The notes under the pieces are model-generated. The model did not search any database. It had not been told where the DNA came from and worked only from the letters and a program-made list of their open reading frames with translations. A stretch of DNA of 64,000 nt, taken from Thermoplasmata archaeon. GTDB lineage: Archaea > Thermoplasmatota > Thermoplasmata > Thermoplasmatales > Thermoplasmataceae. The stretch is from contig JAKAVO010000001.1 of assembly GCA_021817255.1 (NCBI GenBank), positions 42,536 to 106,535 on the forward strand. Direction: 5' to 3'. The translations under genes and the position numbers were made by a program. Shown here piece by piece: positions 1-10,945 of this stretch; position 1 is the first letter of the stretch, and every line of letters starts with the position of its first letter.

Positions 1-1160
1 TCTATGGCCTGCATTAACCCCATTCCCCTTACATCCCCAATCGCATCATATTTTTCCTTAAGTTCCTCAATTCTCTGCCTGAGGTGCTTTCCTCTCTTCG
101 CTGCGTTCTCCACAACACCTTCCTTTTTCATCGCTTCAATCGTAGCCATGCTTGCAACAGAAGCAAGCAGGTTTCCGCCATATGTGTTTGAGTGGAGCCC
201 AAGTTCCGGGAAGTCAAGTTTTGAATCAACAACAGTAGCTCCCATTGGGATGCCGTTTGCAATAGCTTTTGCCAGCGTTATTATCTGCGGCTCCACGCCA
301 AAGTGCTCAGATGCAAAGAATTTGCCTGTCCTGCCAAAACCTGACTGGACCTCGTCCATAATTACCAACATGTTGTTGTTGTCTGCTAGCTTCCTGAGTT
401 TTTTGTGGAAATCCATTGGTGGCACTATGTATCCGCCTTCTCCCTGAATTGGTTCTACAACAAATCCCGCTACGTTCTCGGGGGGCATATACATTTTAAG
501 AGTGTATTTTTCTATGAAATCCAGTGCTGCTTCTACCAGTTCCTGTGGATTTTCGTAACCATCAATTCCGAAGGCGTTCCTATAGGGATTCGGAAACGGA
601 ACATGCTCAACTCCTGGCATTGACGGAAACAGGTGTTTTTTCTGTATCCCCTTTGATGCTGTCATGGAAAGTGATCCCTGTGATCTGCCGTGAAATGCAC
701 CTATGAAGGAAATGAACTCATGCTTCCCTGTGGAAATCTTTGCAAATTTTATTGCAGCTTCAACACTCTCTGTTCCACTGTTTGTGAAGAATACTTTCTT
801 GTGGAACTTTCCCGGAGTCACTCCTGAAATTGCCCTGGCCGCATCTACCTGCTCCTTGTAATAGAAGTCCGTTCCGGCAAAATGCCAGAGCTTGAAAAGC
901 TGCTCCTGAACCTTTTCAGTTATATAGGGATGGATGTACCCCATATTATTGACCCCAATTCCGGAAGAAAAGTCAATATAAACATTCTCATCCACATCCT
1001 GTATATATACTCCTTTTCCATTTTTCGCCACAATTGGGAGAGACTTGGAACTCTTAGCAAGATATTGGTTGTCTTCTTCCACTATTTTCTTGCCCTTTGG
1101 CCCCGGGGGCAACACTTTAATATTTACTTTCATCCTGAATTCTTTTTCATTTGTTTGCAT
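1..1160 (-). CDS. Class III PLP-dependent aminotransferase (acetylornithine/4-aminobutyrate aminotransferase family), 3'-truncated by window edge
   Basis: Manual minus-strand translation MQTNEKEFRMKVNIKVLPPG..., with EPIQGEGG, DEVQSGFGRTGK, AKAIANG and HSNTYGGN motifs. GGTGA RBS precedes the ATG at 1160. Absent from the ORF track because it runs off the edge. Confidence 0.9.
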   Translation of the reverse strand, partial: MQTNEKEFRMKVNIKVLPPGPKGKKIVEEDNQYLAKSSKSLPIVAKNGKGVYIQDVDENVYIDFSSGIGVNNMGYIHPYITEKVQEQLFKLWHFAGTDFYYKEQVDAARAISGVTPGKFHKKVFFTNSGTESVEAAIKFAKISTGKHEFISFIGAFHGRSQGSLSMTASKGIQKKHLFPSMPGVEHVPFPNPYRNAFGIDGYENPQELVEAALDFIEKYTLKMYMPPENVAGFVVEPIQGEGGYIVPPMDFHKKLRKLADNNNMLVIMDEVQSGFGRTGKFFASEHFGVEPQIITLAKAIANGIPMGATVVDSKLDFPELGLHSNTYGGNLLASVASMATIEAMKKEGVVENAAKRGKHLRQRIEELKEKYDAIGDVRGMGLMQAI

Positions 1161-1409
1161 AATGTCACCACCTGTACTAATTTGATTGAAAATATAAGGC
1201 TTGTTGAATGAAAAACGAAGTAATATTACGAATTTCGTTGCTAAGTAATATATACCTTTTGATCTGCAGATAATAACCTATCGCAGAGAGCAGTCTTCTC
1301 ATCAATAACTAAAGGTTTTTCTGGCAAAAGTGATATTTTTGTAAGGACTTCCTTATTTGATTTGATACGCAATATAAAATTATTAATATTAATGTTTAAT
1401 TAAACCTGA

Positions 1410-2399
1410 ATGATGGGAGAAGAGCAAAAACTTGTAGAAGACTTTTATAGAGACGAAATAACTGATAGGGAGTTTTACAAAAAACTTGCGAAAAGATCAA
1501 AGAACAAAAATTTAAGGGACAAGCTTGACTATCTGGCTGAAATGGAGGAATCCCACTCCACTTTCTGGAAAGACAGGCTTAATAAGGCGTACGGAAAAGG
1601 CGCTGATCTCAAACCTCGAGGCTTCAAAATTTTTATGTTGCTGTTCCTTACAAAGTTTCTGGGGAACAATCTTACCGTTAACCTTCTTGAAAGAGGAGAA
1701 GTAGAGAGTATAAGGAAATACAGAGATTTCCTTAAAAGGATAAAGGATGATGATGAGAGTAAGGCTTTAAATTCGATTATTGAGGATGAGATAAGCCATG
1801 AAAATGTGTTTGAAGAGATGGGAATTGACAAAGACGCTTATCTGGACAGAATTCAGGCGTTTATATATGGAATGAGCGATGGGCTCGTTGAAGTGCTTGC
1901 AGCAATAGCCGGCCTCACTGCCATCATTAGCAACAATTTCATAATTGCAATGAGCGGCCTTGTAATTGGTGTTGGCGGGACAATAAGCATGACCCTTGGA
2001 GCCTATTTATCCAAATCATCTGAAATAGAATACAGGATAAGGAATATAAAAAGAGAGAGCCTTATAACAAATGTCAGCACCAAGAAGATGAAAAAGGACA
2101 TAGAAAACGAAGAGAACAGAACAAAAGTGTCTGCAGGAACGACAGGTTTGTCCTATATTGCTGGAGCCGCATTCCCTATTATTCCATTCCTCTTTCCAAT
2201 AGGAATTTTTTCACTGATCATAGCTGTTGCCCTGGTAGCAATTGTCCAGGCTGTAAGCAACTCCATAATAGCAATCGCACTGAATATATCAATCCTGAAG
2301 TCTTCAAGCAGAGCTGCATTATTATCTCTTCTGGCTGCGGCAATAACATACAGCATAGGATTTATTTTCCACACATATTTCCACATATATATAGGATGA
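1410..2399 (+). CDS. Rubrerythrin/ferritin-like domain + VIT1/CCC1 transporter (iron/manganese export)
   Basis: N-terminal ExxH diiron motifs (EESH, EISH); C-terminal IYGMSDGLVE and SMTLGAYLS VIT1 signatures with TM helices. Confidence 0.88.
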   Translation: MMGEEQKLVEDFYRDEITDREFYKKLAKRSKNKNLRDKLDYLAEMEESHSTFWKDRLNKAYGKGADLKPRGFKIFMLLFLTKFLGNNLTVNLLERGEVESIRKYRDFLKRIKDDDESKALNSIIEDEISHENVFEEMGIDKDAYLDRIQAFIYGMSDGLVEVLAAIAGLTAIISNNFIIAMSGLVIGVGGTISMTLGAYLSKSSEIEYRIRNIKRESLITNVSTKKMKKDIENEENRTKVSAGTTGLSYIAGAAFPIIPFLFPIGIFSLIIAVALVAIVQAVSNSIIAIALNISILKSSSRAALLSLLAAAITYSIGFIFHTYFHIYIG

Positions 2400-2452
2400 T
2401 GCAGATTTTCAACCAAAATATTTTAAGAAATTATTTTTCACATTTCCTTTTA

Positions 2453-3373
2453 TTAAGCAAGCATTTCTTTTGAGATTTCAACTTCCACTTTTAGCCTATT
2501 ATTAAAATATGCGTTCATTTTCTTCGGAAATAGGCGGGTTAACAAATATTTTTTAAACCTTTTGGTTCTAATCCGCAATGGTATGTTCGAATTTGAGAAA
2601 TAATGTAGTACATTATTCGGTTTTTTATTTGCATCTAAACAAAACATCTCTATTGCATTAGAAGTGCTTATGGCTTTCATAAATCTTTTCGCTCTGGCTG
2701 ATTTGAAATACTCCGACATGATTTTCCTTTCATTTTCATATTTTGCATAACCCTTTTCCTTCTGTTTCTTCAAGCTTTCAATTGATTTTGATGGGCTGTG
2801 CGATTGACTCGGGTGAACCATGTATTTTGTAAGTACTTTCCCATATTTCACTAATGTTTTTCCTGAATCAAGAGCTGACAGGTAGAATAATTCTTCTAAT
2901 TCTGTTATTTCATTAAGCGCTTCAACCCTTATAATATCGTGTCTAATGGACATGCACGATAGATTAAAAAACGGGTTTCCCTTAAAATAATTTATTTTGG
3001 AGCCAGTTTCGTCTATTGCTTCGAACATATTGTGATAATATACAACTTTCTCTTGAACCATTTTTTTAAAGATCAGACTGAGCTTTCCTGGCATGAACTG
3101 GTCATCGTCTTCCAGGAAGCTTATTATATCCCCATGTGAAGCAATTATTCCTTCCTTTATTTTCGCCCCAAGAGAAATATTTTTACTCAGAATTAGCTCA
3201 ATATCATTTTGTTTGCAAATATGAGAAAGTTCCTCGTTTTCAAAGTTTGAAACTACAATTATTTCATAGAGATTTTTATCGAGGGTCTGATTCAATGCAC
3301 TATTTATCGCATCTAAAATAAATCTTTCCCGATTGTATACGGTGATTATGACTGTTATTGGAACTGATTCCAT
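2453..3373 (-). CDS. Glycosyltransferase family 2
   Basis: ITVIITVYNR, YEIIVV and FLEDDD motifs; AT-rich. Confidence 0.85.
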   Translation of the reverse strand: MESVPITVIITVYNRERFILDAINSALNQTLDKNLYEIIVVSNFENEELSHICKQNDIELILSKNISLGAKIKEGIIASHGDIISFLEDDDQFMPGKLSLIFKKMVQEKVVYYHNMFEAIDETGSKINYFKGNPFFNLSCMSIRHDIIRVEALNEITELEELFYLSALDSGKTLVKYGKVLTKYMVHPSQSHSPSKSIESLKKQKEKGYAKYENERKIMSEYFKSARAKRFMKAISTSNAIEMFCLDANKKPNNVLHYFSNSNIPLRIRTKRFKKYLLTRLFPKKMNAYFNNRLKVEVEISKEMLA

Positions 3374-3525
3374 TCTTTTTAGCTATTGACAACACTTTAT
3401 TAAGCGTGTCGAAGATAGAAATTCGACAATAAATTAAAGTTCAGTTTTAGTCCTCTTATTCATTGCCCAAACTACTCAGAGCAAGAATAAATGTTAAATC
3501 GTGCTTGTCAGTTGTACTAGAAGCA

Positions 3526-4317
3526 TCACGCTTCCTTATTTTTTGGTTTTGCGATTTTTGCGACCTGATCAGCAGGTTCAACCATAATTCTCTTTGACTT
3601 AATGTATCCAGTAGTGTAAAGAAATAGTGCATAAGGCAGTGTTTTCAAACTGCCATCAGTGAAATTTTTTCTGTAAAATCTGAAACCACACTTTTCCACA
3701 AATATAATGTGCGAGCTATTTTCGATTCTTCTCTTCCATAACTCCCTTTTGCTTTGAGAATACCTCTTTTCTCCGTTGTTCAGATTTGGATTAATATTTC
3801 TTTCTATTGGTTTCATCCAGTCTTCGGATGAAGTAATCTCTTTCAGCCTTCCCATATTTTTAGCGATCTTCCATATATATCTGTCTTCAGCATAGTTAAA
3901 AGGAGGATAGTTTGCTACACCCTTATAAAAATCTGCCGGACCAAAGGTGGCTATTGTTCCAGGAAATGCCCCTCTGATGCAAACTATATCATTTGGCCCA
4001 ATGTTATGAGCAGTGATTAGCATCTTATTTAATTCTCCATAGTAAATGTCCGAGTCCAGGTTCATAATATAGTCACCCTTTGAAAGCTTAATTGCAAGAT
4101 TTCTTCCCTCTCCCCTGTTGCATCTTGCCTGCTTGAATACAAGCCTTTCTCCTAAAATTTTCCGGAATTGTAAAATCTTGTCTCCGGTTCCGTCATTTGA
4201 AAGATTGTCAGTGAAAATGATCTCTGAATCTTCATGTTCCATAAAGTCCAGAATAGGCTTCATGAAAGAGTCGATTGTATCTGCACTGTTGTAGACAGTT
4301 ACACAAATAGAGATCAT
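3526..4317 (-). CDS. Glycosyltransferase family 2
   Basis: ISICVTVYN, DNLSNDGT, RGEGRN, LDSD (DxD) and AED motifs. Confidence 0.85.
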   Translation of the reverse strand: MISICVTVYNSADTIDSFMKPILDFMEHEDSEIIFTDNLSNDGTGDKILQFRKILGERLVFKQARCNRGEGRNLAIKLSKGDYIMNLDSDIYYGELNKMLITAHNIGPNDIVCIRGAFPGTIATFGPADFYKGVANYPPFNYAEDRYIWKIAKNMGRLKEITSSEDWMKPIERNINPNLNNGEKRYSQSKRELWKRRIENSSHIIFVEKCGFRFYRKNFTDGSLKTLPYALFLYTTGYIKSKRIMVEPADQVAKIAKPKNKEA

Positions 4318-4578
4318 TTATTCGAGATTTTCTTTGATAATTTAACTTTTTTGACCGTAAAATTTCAACTTTTGACTGAAAACACCCAATTTTTCTTTTG
4401 GGGGATATTTTAATTTCTTTTAAAAAACGGGAATGGAAAGTGCCCATTGGTTAATTTCACGGCTTTTCTATAATCGTTGCCCCCGATCATTTTTCAGGTT
4501 CAATATAATTGCCGCAGTGGGAAAATTTTAAGATCTATTATCTCAATGAGCTTGACTTATTTTGAATTGGTAGCTATC

Positions 4579-5082
4579 TTAGAAATTTTTGCTTCTTCTT
4601 ATGTTTTCCCTTTTCTGAACATTCAGGAAATAGAATATAAAAACCAGTCCCACTATCAGCATTGTTACACCAGAATACAACCCGGCCTCGAGGAAATATG
4701 AAAGCTGCCCCAGATGTATTTTAAGGTAAGAATTATTATTTCCCAGATTCTCTATGTGGAATGCCCATAGCCCGGATACCGGCGCTACTATAGATTTTGA
4801 AATCCCTGATCCTGTAAAATTTGATTCCATTACAACTGCGCCTGAAGGCTCGCTGAACCAGGCCCTGAAATTGCCCGATGAGTTGGAAGTAACAGTATAC
4901 GTGAGAAGCAAACCGGATGTGACGTTGATTGCCATTGTTTTTTCTGATTTCCCTGCTATTGCTGTATTTTTTGCGGCGGAGGCTGTTGAAAATAATCCAA
5001 ATCCTGAATAGCCAAGCAATAAAATTGATATTACTATCAATATCAACCCAATTTTTACAGCCCTTTCCGGTGTTAGATACAT
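4579..5082 (-). CDS. Hypothetical membrane protein (two TM helices flanking a beta-rich extracellular domain)
   Basis: 167-aa ORF with hydrophobic N- and C-terminal segments; follows valS on the same strand. Confidence 0.6.
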   Translation of the reverse strand: MYLTPERAVKIGLILIVISILLLGYSGFGLFSTASAAKNTAIAGKSEKTMAINVTSGLLLTYTVTSNSSGNFRAWFSEPSGAVVMESNFTGSGISKSIVAPVSGLWAFHIENLGNNNSYLKIHLGQLSYFLEAGLYSGVTMLIVGLVFIFYFLNVQKRENIRRSKNF

Positions 5083-5140
5083 TTTAAGCCTTTCCTATCA
5101 TGCTTTACGTTGTATTTTAATTTACTCTGTCTTTGGAGAT

Positions 5141-7486
5141 TCAATCCAGGATCGCTTCTATTGAAAGCGATTTTCCTGTTTTAAATTGAATATTATCCTC
5201 TCTTAGCGTTTCCTTCAGTACCTTTTTTTCAAAGTCATCAATTTCCGCAGTTGAGCACACATAGAATCCACTGTATGGCTCTTTTTTTGATTTGAGCTTG
5301 CTTCTCTCCGTCCGGATCTCAGAAAGAATGGATATTATGCCTCTAAACCTTTCCGCTTCTTTTTCATAGTTTTCCATCTGTTCAGGCCATTTCTGCATGT
5401 GAATAGAGACTTCCAATCCTAGCATTTCACCTCCCTTTTCTGTAATAAACGGTGCGATTGGCGCGTAAAGTTTCAGGACTGCCAGTGCCACTTCCCTTGC
5501 AACATATGCAATTTCATCCCTTTCCACTTCAGAACCTCTGGATACAAATGGCTTAATGATTTCCAGGTAGTTGTCGCAGAACATGGGCCAGAAGAAGTTG
5601 TCTATTTCCATTCTTGCCCTGGCAAAATCATTGTTTAGGTAATGATTGGATGCCTTGCTTATAGTATTGTTAAGTTCCTGGACGATCCACCTGTTGAATG
5701 GAAGCTTAATTTGAGTGGATCCCTTGTTTTCCATCCCACTTACCATGCTAACTGCATTGAAGATCTTTATTATTGTTCTTCTTCCCCTGGTGAGTTCCTG
5801 TTCCTTCATCGAAATGTCATCCCATGTGGATGAGGAAGTGCCCCATAACCTGACGCCATCTGCGCCATATTTTTCTACCAGTTCCATTGGATAAACAACA
5901 TTTCCTTTGCTCTTGCTCATCTTCTGCCCCTTTGAGTCAAATACGTTTCCACTTAATATTATTGAACTCCACGGTATAATTTCAAAATGAACCATGTATC
6001 TGTATATGGTCGTAAATGCCCATGTTGTAATGATGTCATGCCCCTGAAACCTCGCTGTCATAGGTATGCCGTTATTTTCTATTGGAGAGCCTTTCATTGA
6101 TATTGTTGGGGATGTTGAAGACGTAAACCATGTATCCAGAACATCCGATTCAGGCGTGATTTCCTCAGAATGGCATACAGGGCATTTGTCTTTTCTGTTA
6201 AATCTTGGGTCAACAGGCAATTCACTTTTATCTGGAAGAATTGTTTCCCCACATTTATTGCAGTACCACACAGGAATTGGTATTCCCATTATTCTTTGCC
6301 TGGATATGCACCAGTCCCATTTCAGGCCGTTAACCCAGTTTTCGTACCTTATTCTCATATAATCGGGGGACCATTTTATCTTTCTTCCCTGCTCTATAAG
6401 TTTCTCTTTCAAATCCATATACCTGAGATACCACTGTTTGCTCACACCAATTTCAATTGGAGTTCCACATCTCTCATGGGTGTTTACAGAATGCTTTATC
6501 CTCTGTGTGGATTTTAAATCTCCAGATTCCTTTAGCAGAAGCTTTATCTTCTTCCTTCCCTCTTCCACTTTCAGGCCCTCAAGGAACCTTCCATCCCTTA
6601 TGAACCCTCTTTCATCCAGTAATTTTACGTACTTCAAAGAGTGATCTTTCCAGATTTCATAATCAGTCTGATCTCCAAATGTGCAGACCATTTCAACTCC
6701 AGTTCCCTTGTCCATTAAAACCCTGGAATCTGTTATTATTTCCACTTCATAGCCGTATAGTGGTACCCTGAACTTCTTTCCAGAATATTCCTTTGCTCTT
6801 TCATCTTCCGGATTAAACGCCAGTGCAACGCAGGCTGACAGCATTTCCGGCCTTGTTGTTGCAATCTGTACAACTGTCCCATCGCCAGACTTAAACTCAA
6901 GGTAAACAAAATCTGTTTCCCTTTCACTATCTTCCATCTCTATCTGGGAAATTGCAGTCCTGCACGTAGGGCAGCTTATTGTCAGCCCTTCACTTCTATA
7001 TGCGTGCTTTTTTTTGAAAAGTTCAAGAAAGAATCCCTGTGATACTTTCCATGAATCCTTTGAATATGTAATGTATGAATTGCTGGAATTCCAGGAAAGC
7101 CCAAGCCTCGATAACGACAGTTTCATTTCTTCTATTGCTTTCCCGGAAGCCTCTTCACATTTTTCAATTGCTTCCTTTACAGGAAGATTGTTCAGGCTCA
7201 GCTTTAATTTTTTTTCCACAAATCTTTCCGTGGCAAGCCCATTATTGTCAAAACCCGATGGATAGAATACAAAATATCCCATCATTCTCCTGAATCTGGC
7301 GGCAATGTCCTGATGGGGATAAGAAAACGCGTGCCCAATGTGAAGTTCCCCAGAGACAGTTGGGGGCGGAGTGTCTATGGAATATATTTTTCCAGAACCT
7401 ATTGATTCCATGTTTAATTTTTCCAGTTCCAGTTTTTCCCATTTTTTTAAAATCTCTTTTTCCATTTCTGGAATGTCAAAGTCCAT
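5141..7486 (-). CDS. valS: Valine--tRNA ligase
   Basis: DTPPPTVSGELHIGH (HIGH), DWCISRQR and KMSKS motifs. Confidence 0.96.
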   Translation of the reverse strand: MDFDIPEMEKEILKKWEKLELEKLNMESIGSGKIYSIDTPPPTVSGELHIGHAFSYPHQDIAARFRRMMGYFVFYPSGFDNNGLATERFVEKKLKLSLNNLPVKEAIEKCEEASGKAIEEMKLSLSRLGLSWNSSNSYITYSKDSWKVSQGFFLELFKKKHAYRSEGLTISCPTCRTAISQIEMEDSERETDFVYLEFKSGDGTVVQIATTRPEMLSACVALAFNPEDERAKEYSGKKFRVPLYGYEVEIITDSRVLMDKGTGVEMVCTFGDQTDYEIWKDHSLKYVKLLDERGFIRDGRFLEGLKVEEGRKKIKLLLKESGDLKSTQRIKHSVNTHERCGTPIEIGVSKQWYLRYMDLKEKLIEQGRKIKWSPDYMRIRYENWVNGLKWDWCISRQRIMGIPIPVWYCNKCGETILPDKSELPVDPRFNRKDKCPVCHSEEITPESDVLDTWFTSSTSPTISMKGSPIENNGIPMTARFQGHDIITTWAFTTIYRYMVHFEIIPWSSIILSGNVFDSKGQKMSKSKGNVVYPMELVEKYGADGVRLWGTSSSTWDDISMKEQELTRGRRTIIKIFNAVSMVSGMENKGSTQIKLPFNRWIVQELNNTISKASNHYLNNDFARARMEIDNFFWPMFCDNYLEIIKPFVSRGSEVERDEIAYVAREVALAVLKLYAPIAPFITEKGGEMLGLEVSIHMQKWPEQMENYEKEAERFRGIISILSEIRTERSKLKSKKEPYSGFYVCSTAEIDDFEKKVLKETLREDNIQFKTGKSLSIEAILD

Positions 7487-7537
7487 TAGCTTGTAATCTC
7501 AAAAGTTTTTAAAACACTTTCCATATTAGGTATAGAT

Positions 7538-7963
7538 GTGAGTATGGAAGAAGAGGATGCTTTAATTAAGGAAATTTCAGACAGCAACCTGAAAATTCAG
7601 GAACAGCTCAGGAATATCAAGGAGGAGACGCTACACGATAACATAACAATGATTGTGGATTATTTTGCTGCTAACCTTAAGAGGATGAGGGAGGCATTGC
7701 TGAGAAAAGAATGCATGCATAATCTTAAAAAAGGGCAGGATATCAAAATATACAACCATAAACGACTGGAAGAACCTGATCCTGAGAGCATTCAGAGCGT
7801 TTTGCTTTTCATCTCCAGCACAATGGGAAGGGAACATGAAATAGTTCTTGGTGCTATAAGGAAATTCAATAAAGAAAGGGAGTATCTTGAAGACTACGCA
7901 AGTTGTGTGGAAACGCTCAGAATAAAGAGCGAAAATCTGTTTCACGATCTGGTGGAGAGATAG
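7538..7963 (+). CDS. Hypothetical helical protein (possibly degenerate ferritin-like bundle)
   Basis: 141-aa ORF ending 1 bp before dtdA; all-helical pattern. Confidence 0.55.
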   Translation: MSMEEEDALIKEISDSNLKIQEQLRNIKEETLHDNITMIVDYFAANLKRMREALLRKECMHNLKKGQDIKIYNHKRLEEPDPESIQSVLLFISSTMGREHEIVLGAIRKFNKEREYLEDYASCVETLRIKSENLFHDLVER

Positions 7964-7964
7964 A

Positions 7965-8720
7965 ATGAACTATGATCCGGTATTTATTGCAACAAAAACA
8001 GATGAGGCAAGCTTCAGCATTTATAATTACTTCATCTCAAACGGGCCGGAACTTGGAAAATATATACTGACTGATGGCAGGTTGCCTCTTCTTGAGTTTC
8101 CCGAGAGGTTGATTGGCAATGATGACAAGGTACTTGTTTTTTTGAGCAGGCATTCATCAAAGGCAAAGGTGGATTCCATAACAGTGCATCCTGTGGGAAA
8201 CTTCTCCGGCAATGATATTGGAGGCAGGGAAAGAAATATTTCAAGAAGTGCCCCGGAAATACAGACAGCTATATTGAGAAAAATGAATGAGGTTTACAGT
8301 GGTGGTAAATACCAGGTAACTTTCGAAGCAACCCATCATGGCCCGGAGTCAAATAATAGGATAATCTTCGCAGAAATAGGAACTACTCCCGAAAACTGGA
8401 CAGATAATGAAGCTTTAAGAACACTCTTCCTTGGAGTCAGGGATGCCATTCCTGCTAATTACCCAAATTTTGTTGGAGCTGGGGGCGGACACTATGCACC
8501 TAAATTCTCTTCATATGTACTGAAAGAAAATATCAACATAGGGCACGTCATTTCAAAATTCAGAATGGATGAAATTAGCAACGATGAAATAAAAATGGCA
8601 GTGGAAAAAACAGAGAAATGCAGGGGCTTTGTTGTTGATAAAAAGGGAATAAAATCTGCCGGAATGTCCATGGTAAGAGAAGTTGCAGATCAACTCAGCC
8701 TGGAAGTAATAACCATATGA
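7965..8720 (+). CDS. dtdA: D-aminoacyl-tRNA deacylase (archaeal DTD2)
   Basis: FLSRHSS, TVHPVGN, EATHHGP, EIGT and GGGHYAPKF motifs. Confidence 0.93.
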   Translation: MNYDPVFIATKTDEASFSIYNYFISNGPELGKYILTDGRLPLLEFPERLIGNDDKVLVFLSRHSSKAKVDSITVHPVGNFSGNDIGGRERNISRSAPEIQTAILRKMNEVYSGGKYQVTFEATHHGPESNNRIIFAEIGTTPENWTDNEALRTLFLGVRDAIPANYPNFVGAGGGHYAPKFSSYVLKENINIGHVISKFRMDEISNDEIKMAVEKTEKCRGFVVDKKGIKSAGMSMVREVADQLSLEVITI

Positions 8721-8958
8721 AAATTGTGAATTTGTATTCATTTCCAAATGGTTTTGAATTTAATTGAAAGCCATTTTTCTTTTAACAAAATTAAAAATTA
8801 ATTAATTATTATAATATTTAATTTATGAATATACAGTGATATTTATAACATACGGAGGAAAGCGTGTTTAGAATCGAAATATAAATAAAATTTTGTTAGG
8901 ATATATTTAAATATAATGTACTTATTGTTAATTGACCGACAGGTCGGTGCATTAAATA

Positions 8959-9912
8959 ATGGAACAGATTACAGAGGAAGAAAAGCCTCCTGGATTGACA
9001 CCTCTTTTTAGAGCCAGAAATATAGAAAGGTTCCTGAAAATGGATAAGATATTTTTTAAGTTCGAGGGCGCAAGCATTACAGGAACGCAGAAAGACAGGA
9101 TTTCAAGTATTCACGTGAGGAGAGCAATAGAGCTTGGATATGATACTGTAGCGGTTGCGACTTGCGGAAATTATGGTGCTTCAGTGTCATATTTTGCCTC
9201 AGCTTATAAGATAAAATCAGTTGTGGCAATACCTTCCTTCTACACAAACGCCAGAAGTGATGAAATTTATGGAAATGGCGCTAAAATTATGCAGAAGAAC
9301 ATGAAATATGAGGATCTTGTTGAATACATTAAAGATAAATCCAGGGATGAGAACTGGTATGATTGCAGCCCCGGGTCAGCAAATTCTATTGTAGATCTGC
9401 TTGGGTATGAAAGCATCGCAAATGAGATTGTGCAACAACGGGGGCATTCACCAGACTATGTTGCAGCACCGGTCGGAAATGGCACAACACTGGCAGGCAT
9501 CTACAGTGGTTTCAAGAAACTGTATTTGAAGGGAATAATCAACAATATGCCAAAATTCATAGCTTCCTCAACTTCTCTTGGCAATCCGATCGTATATTCA
9601 TGGAAACATGGATTCAGGAAAGTTCAGGAACTCGAACCATCAACAATTATAGAGACTGAAACAAACGAACCTCTGGTTTCTTTCAGGGCAATGGATGGGC
9701 AGAAGGCATTAAATGCGATATACGAGAGCAAGGGAGTTGCCATAGGTGTGAATGACCAGGAAATGATCAAGTTTGCAAAGATGATTGAAAACCAGCAATC
9801 CATCCAGGTATTGCCAGCTTCCGCGTCCTCACTTGCGGCAGCGCACAAAAAACTGAACAACAGAAATTTTAGCGGTGAACTTGTTGTTGTTCTTACAGGC
9901 AGGGGCCACTGA
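8959..9912 (+). CDS. PLP-dependent fold-type II enzyme (threonine synthase-like)
   Basis: KFEGASITGTQKDR (PLP Lys), TCGNYGAS, PVGNGT and VLTG motifs. Confidence 0.85.
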   Translation: MEQITEEEKPPGLTPLFRARNIERFLKMDKIFFKFEGASITGTQKDRISSIHVRRAIELGYDTVAVATCGNYGASVSYFASAYKIKSVVAIPSFYTNARSDEIYGNGAKIMQKNMKYEDLVEYIKDKSRDENWYDCSPGSANSIVDLLGYESIANEIVQQRGHSPDYVAAPVGNGTTLAGIYSGFKKLYLKGIINNMPKFIASSTSLGNPIVYSWKHGFRKVQELEPSTIIETETNEPLVSFRAMDGQKALNAIYESKGVAIGVNDQEMIKFAKMIENQQSIQVLPASASSLAAAHKKLNNRNFSGELVVVLTGRGH

Positions 9913-10943
9913 TGGATAAGGCAGTTATACTTGCAGAAGGCTTTTTAGGATCAACATACGGCAAAACTGCAAATGGCCTATGCAGGTTTTCTAAAAGATA
10001 CGACATACTTTCTGTAATTGACAGCAAATATGCTGGAATGAATATTCAGGAAATGGTGCCAGGGGCCAGATCAGGCATTAAGATAATTTCATCAGTTGAG
10101 GAAGCTGCCAAGATGGGTGCAAATACCCTCATTGTTGGAGTTGCAACAGATGGAGGATTCCTCCCTGAACATCTCAGAGCGTATGTGGCTGATGGAATTA
10201 AAGAAAAAATGTCGATTGTGAGTGGCCTTCACCAGTTCATATCAGATGATCCTGATTTCATGAAACTCAGTAAACAGTATGGATCTGAAATCACAGATGT
10301 CAGAAAAATGTTCATGATGAGGAGAGATTTTTTCACGGGGAAGATCTGGGATGTAAAGTCTAAAAAGATTGCTGTGCTTGGGACAGACAGTGCAATTGGA
10401 AAGAGGACAACAGCAGTTTACCTTAACGAAGAAGTGAAAAAACTTGGAAAAACATCCGCTATGATTGGCACAGGGCAGACTGCATGGATGCAGGGATTTC
10501 CATACACAGTTGTTATAGACTCAATGGTAAATGATTTTGTTGCAGGAGGAATAGAAAGTGCCATAGTAGAGGCGTGGGAAAAGGAAAAACCTGATTATAT
10601 GTTCCTTGAAGGGCAGGGATCTGTGCTTCACCCCGCATATCCCGGAAGTTTTGAGATAATAGCCGCAGGGAAGCCTGATGGAATTATACTGCAGCATGCA
10701 CCCACGAGGGTTGACTATGACGGATTCCCTGGCATTAAGATCCCGCCGGTTGAAAGGTTCATCAAAATACTTGAAGAACTTTCAGACAAAAAAGTAATTG
10801 GAATTGCTATCAACAGGGAGGGGCTCACCGAAAGGGAGATAACTGAGGCAAAGTCAGAACTGGAAAATAAATATGGTCTTCCAGCATTTGATCCACTCGT
10901 GGAATCGGGGAAAATGGCAGAGATTATAGTTTCAGGGTTGTAG
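9912..10943 (+). CDS. DUF1611 family P-loop protein (DgcN-like)
   Basis: GKTANGL, SGLHQF, GTDSAIGKRTT, GTGQT and EGQGS..HPAY motifs; TGATG coupling to the upstream gene. Confidence 0.88.
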   Translation: MDKAVILAEGFLGSTYGKTANGLCRFSKRYDILSVIDSKYAGMNIQEMVPGARSGIKIISSVEEAAKMGANTLIVGVATDGGFLPEHLRAYVADGIKEKMSIVSGLHQFISDDPDFMKLSKQYGSEITDVRKMFMMRRDFFTGKIWDVKSKKIAVLGTDSAIGKRTTAVYLNEEVKKLGKTSAMIGTGQTAWMQGFPYTVVIDSMVNDFVAGGIESAIVEAWEKEKPDYMFLEGQGSVLHPAYPGSFEIIAAGKPDGIILQHAPTRVDYDGFPGIKIPPVERFIKILEELSDKKVIGIAINREGLTEREITEAKSELENKYGLPAFDPLVESGKMAEIIVSGL

Positions 10944-10945
10944 AT

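Noticed and set aside
4-1211. Plus-strand ORFs 4-447, 405-623, 524-706 and 882-1211
   Set aside because: Antisense shadows of the minus-strand aminotransferase
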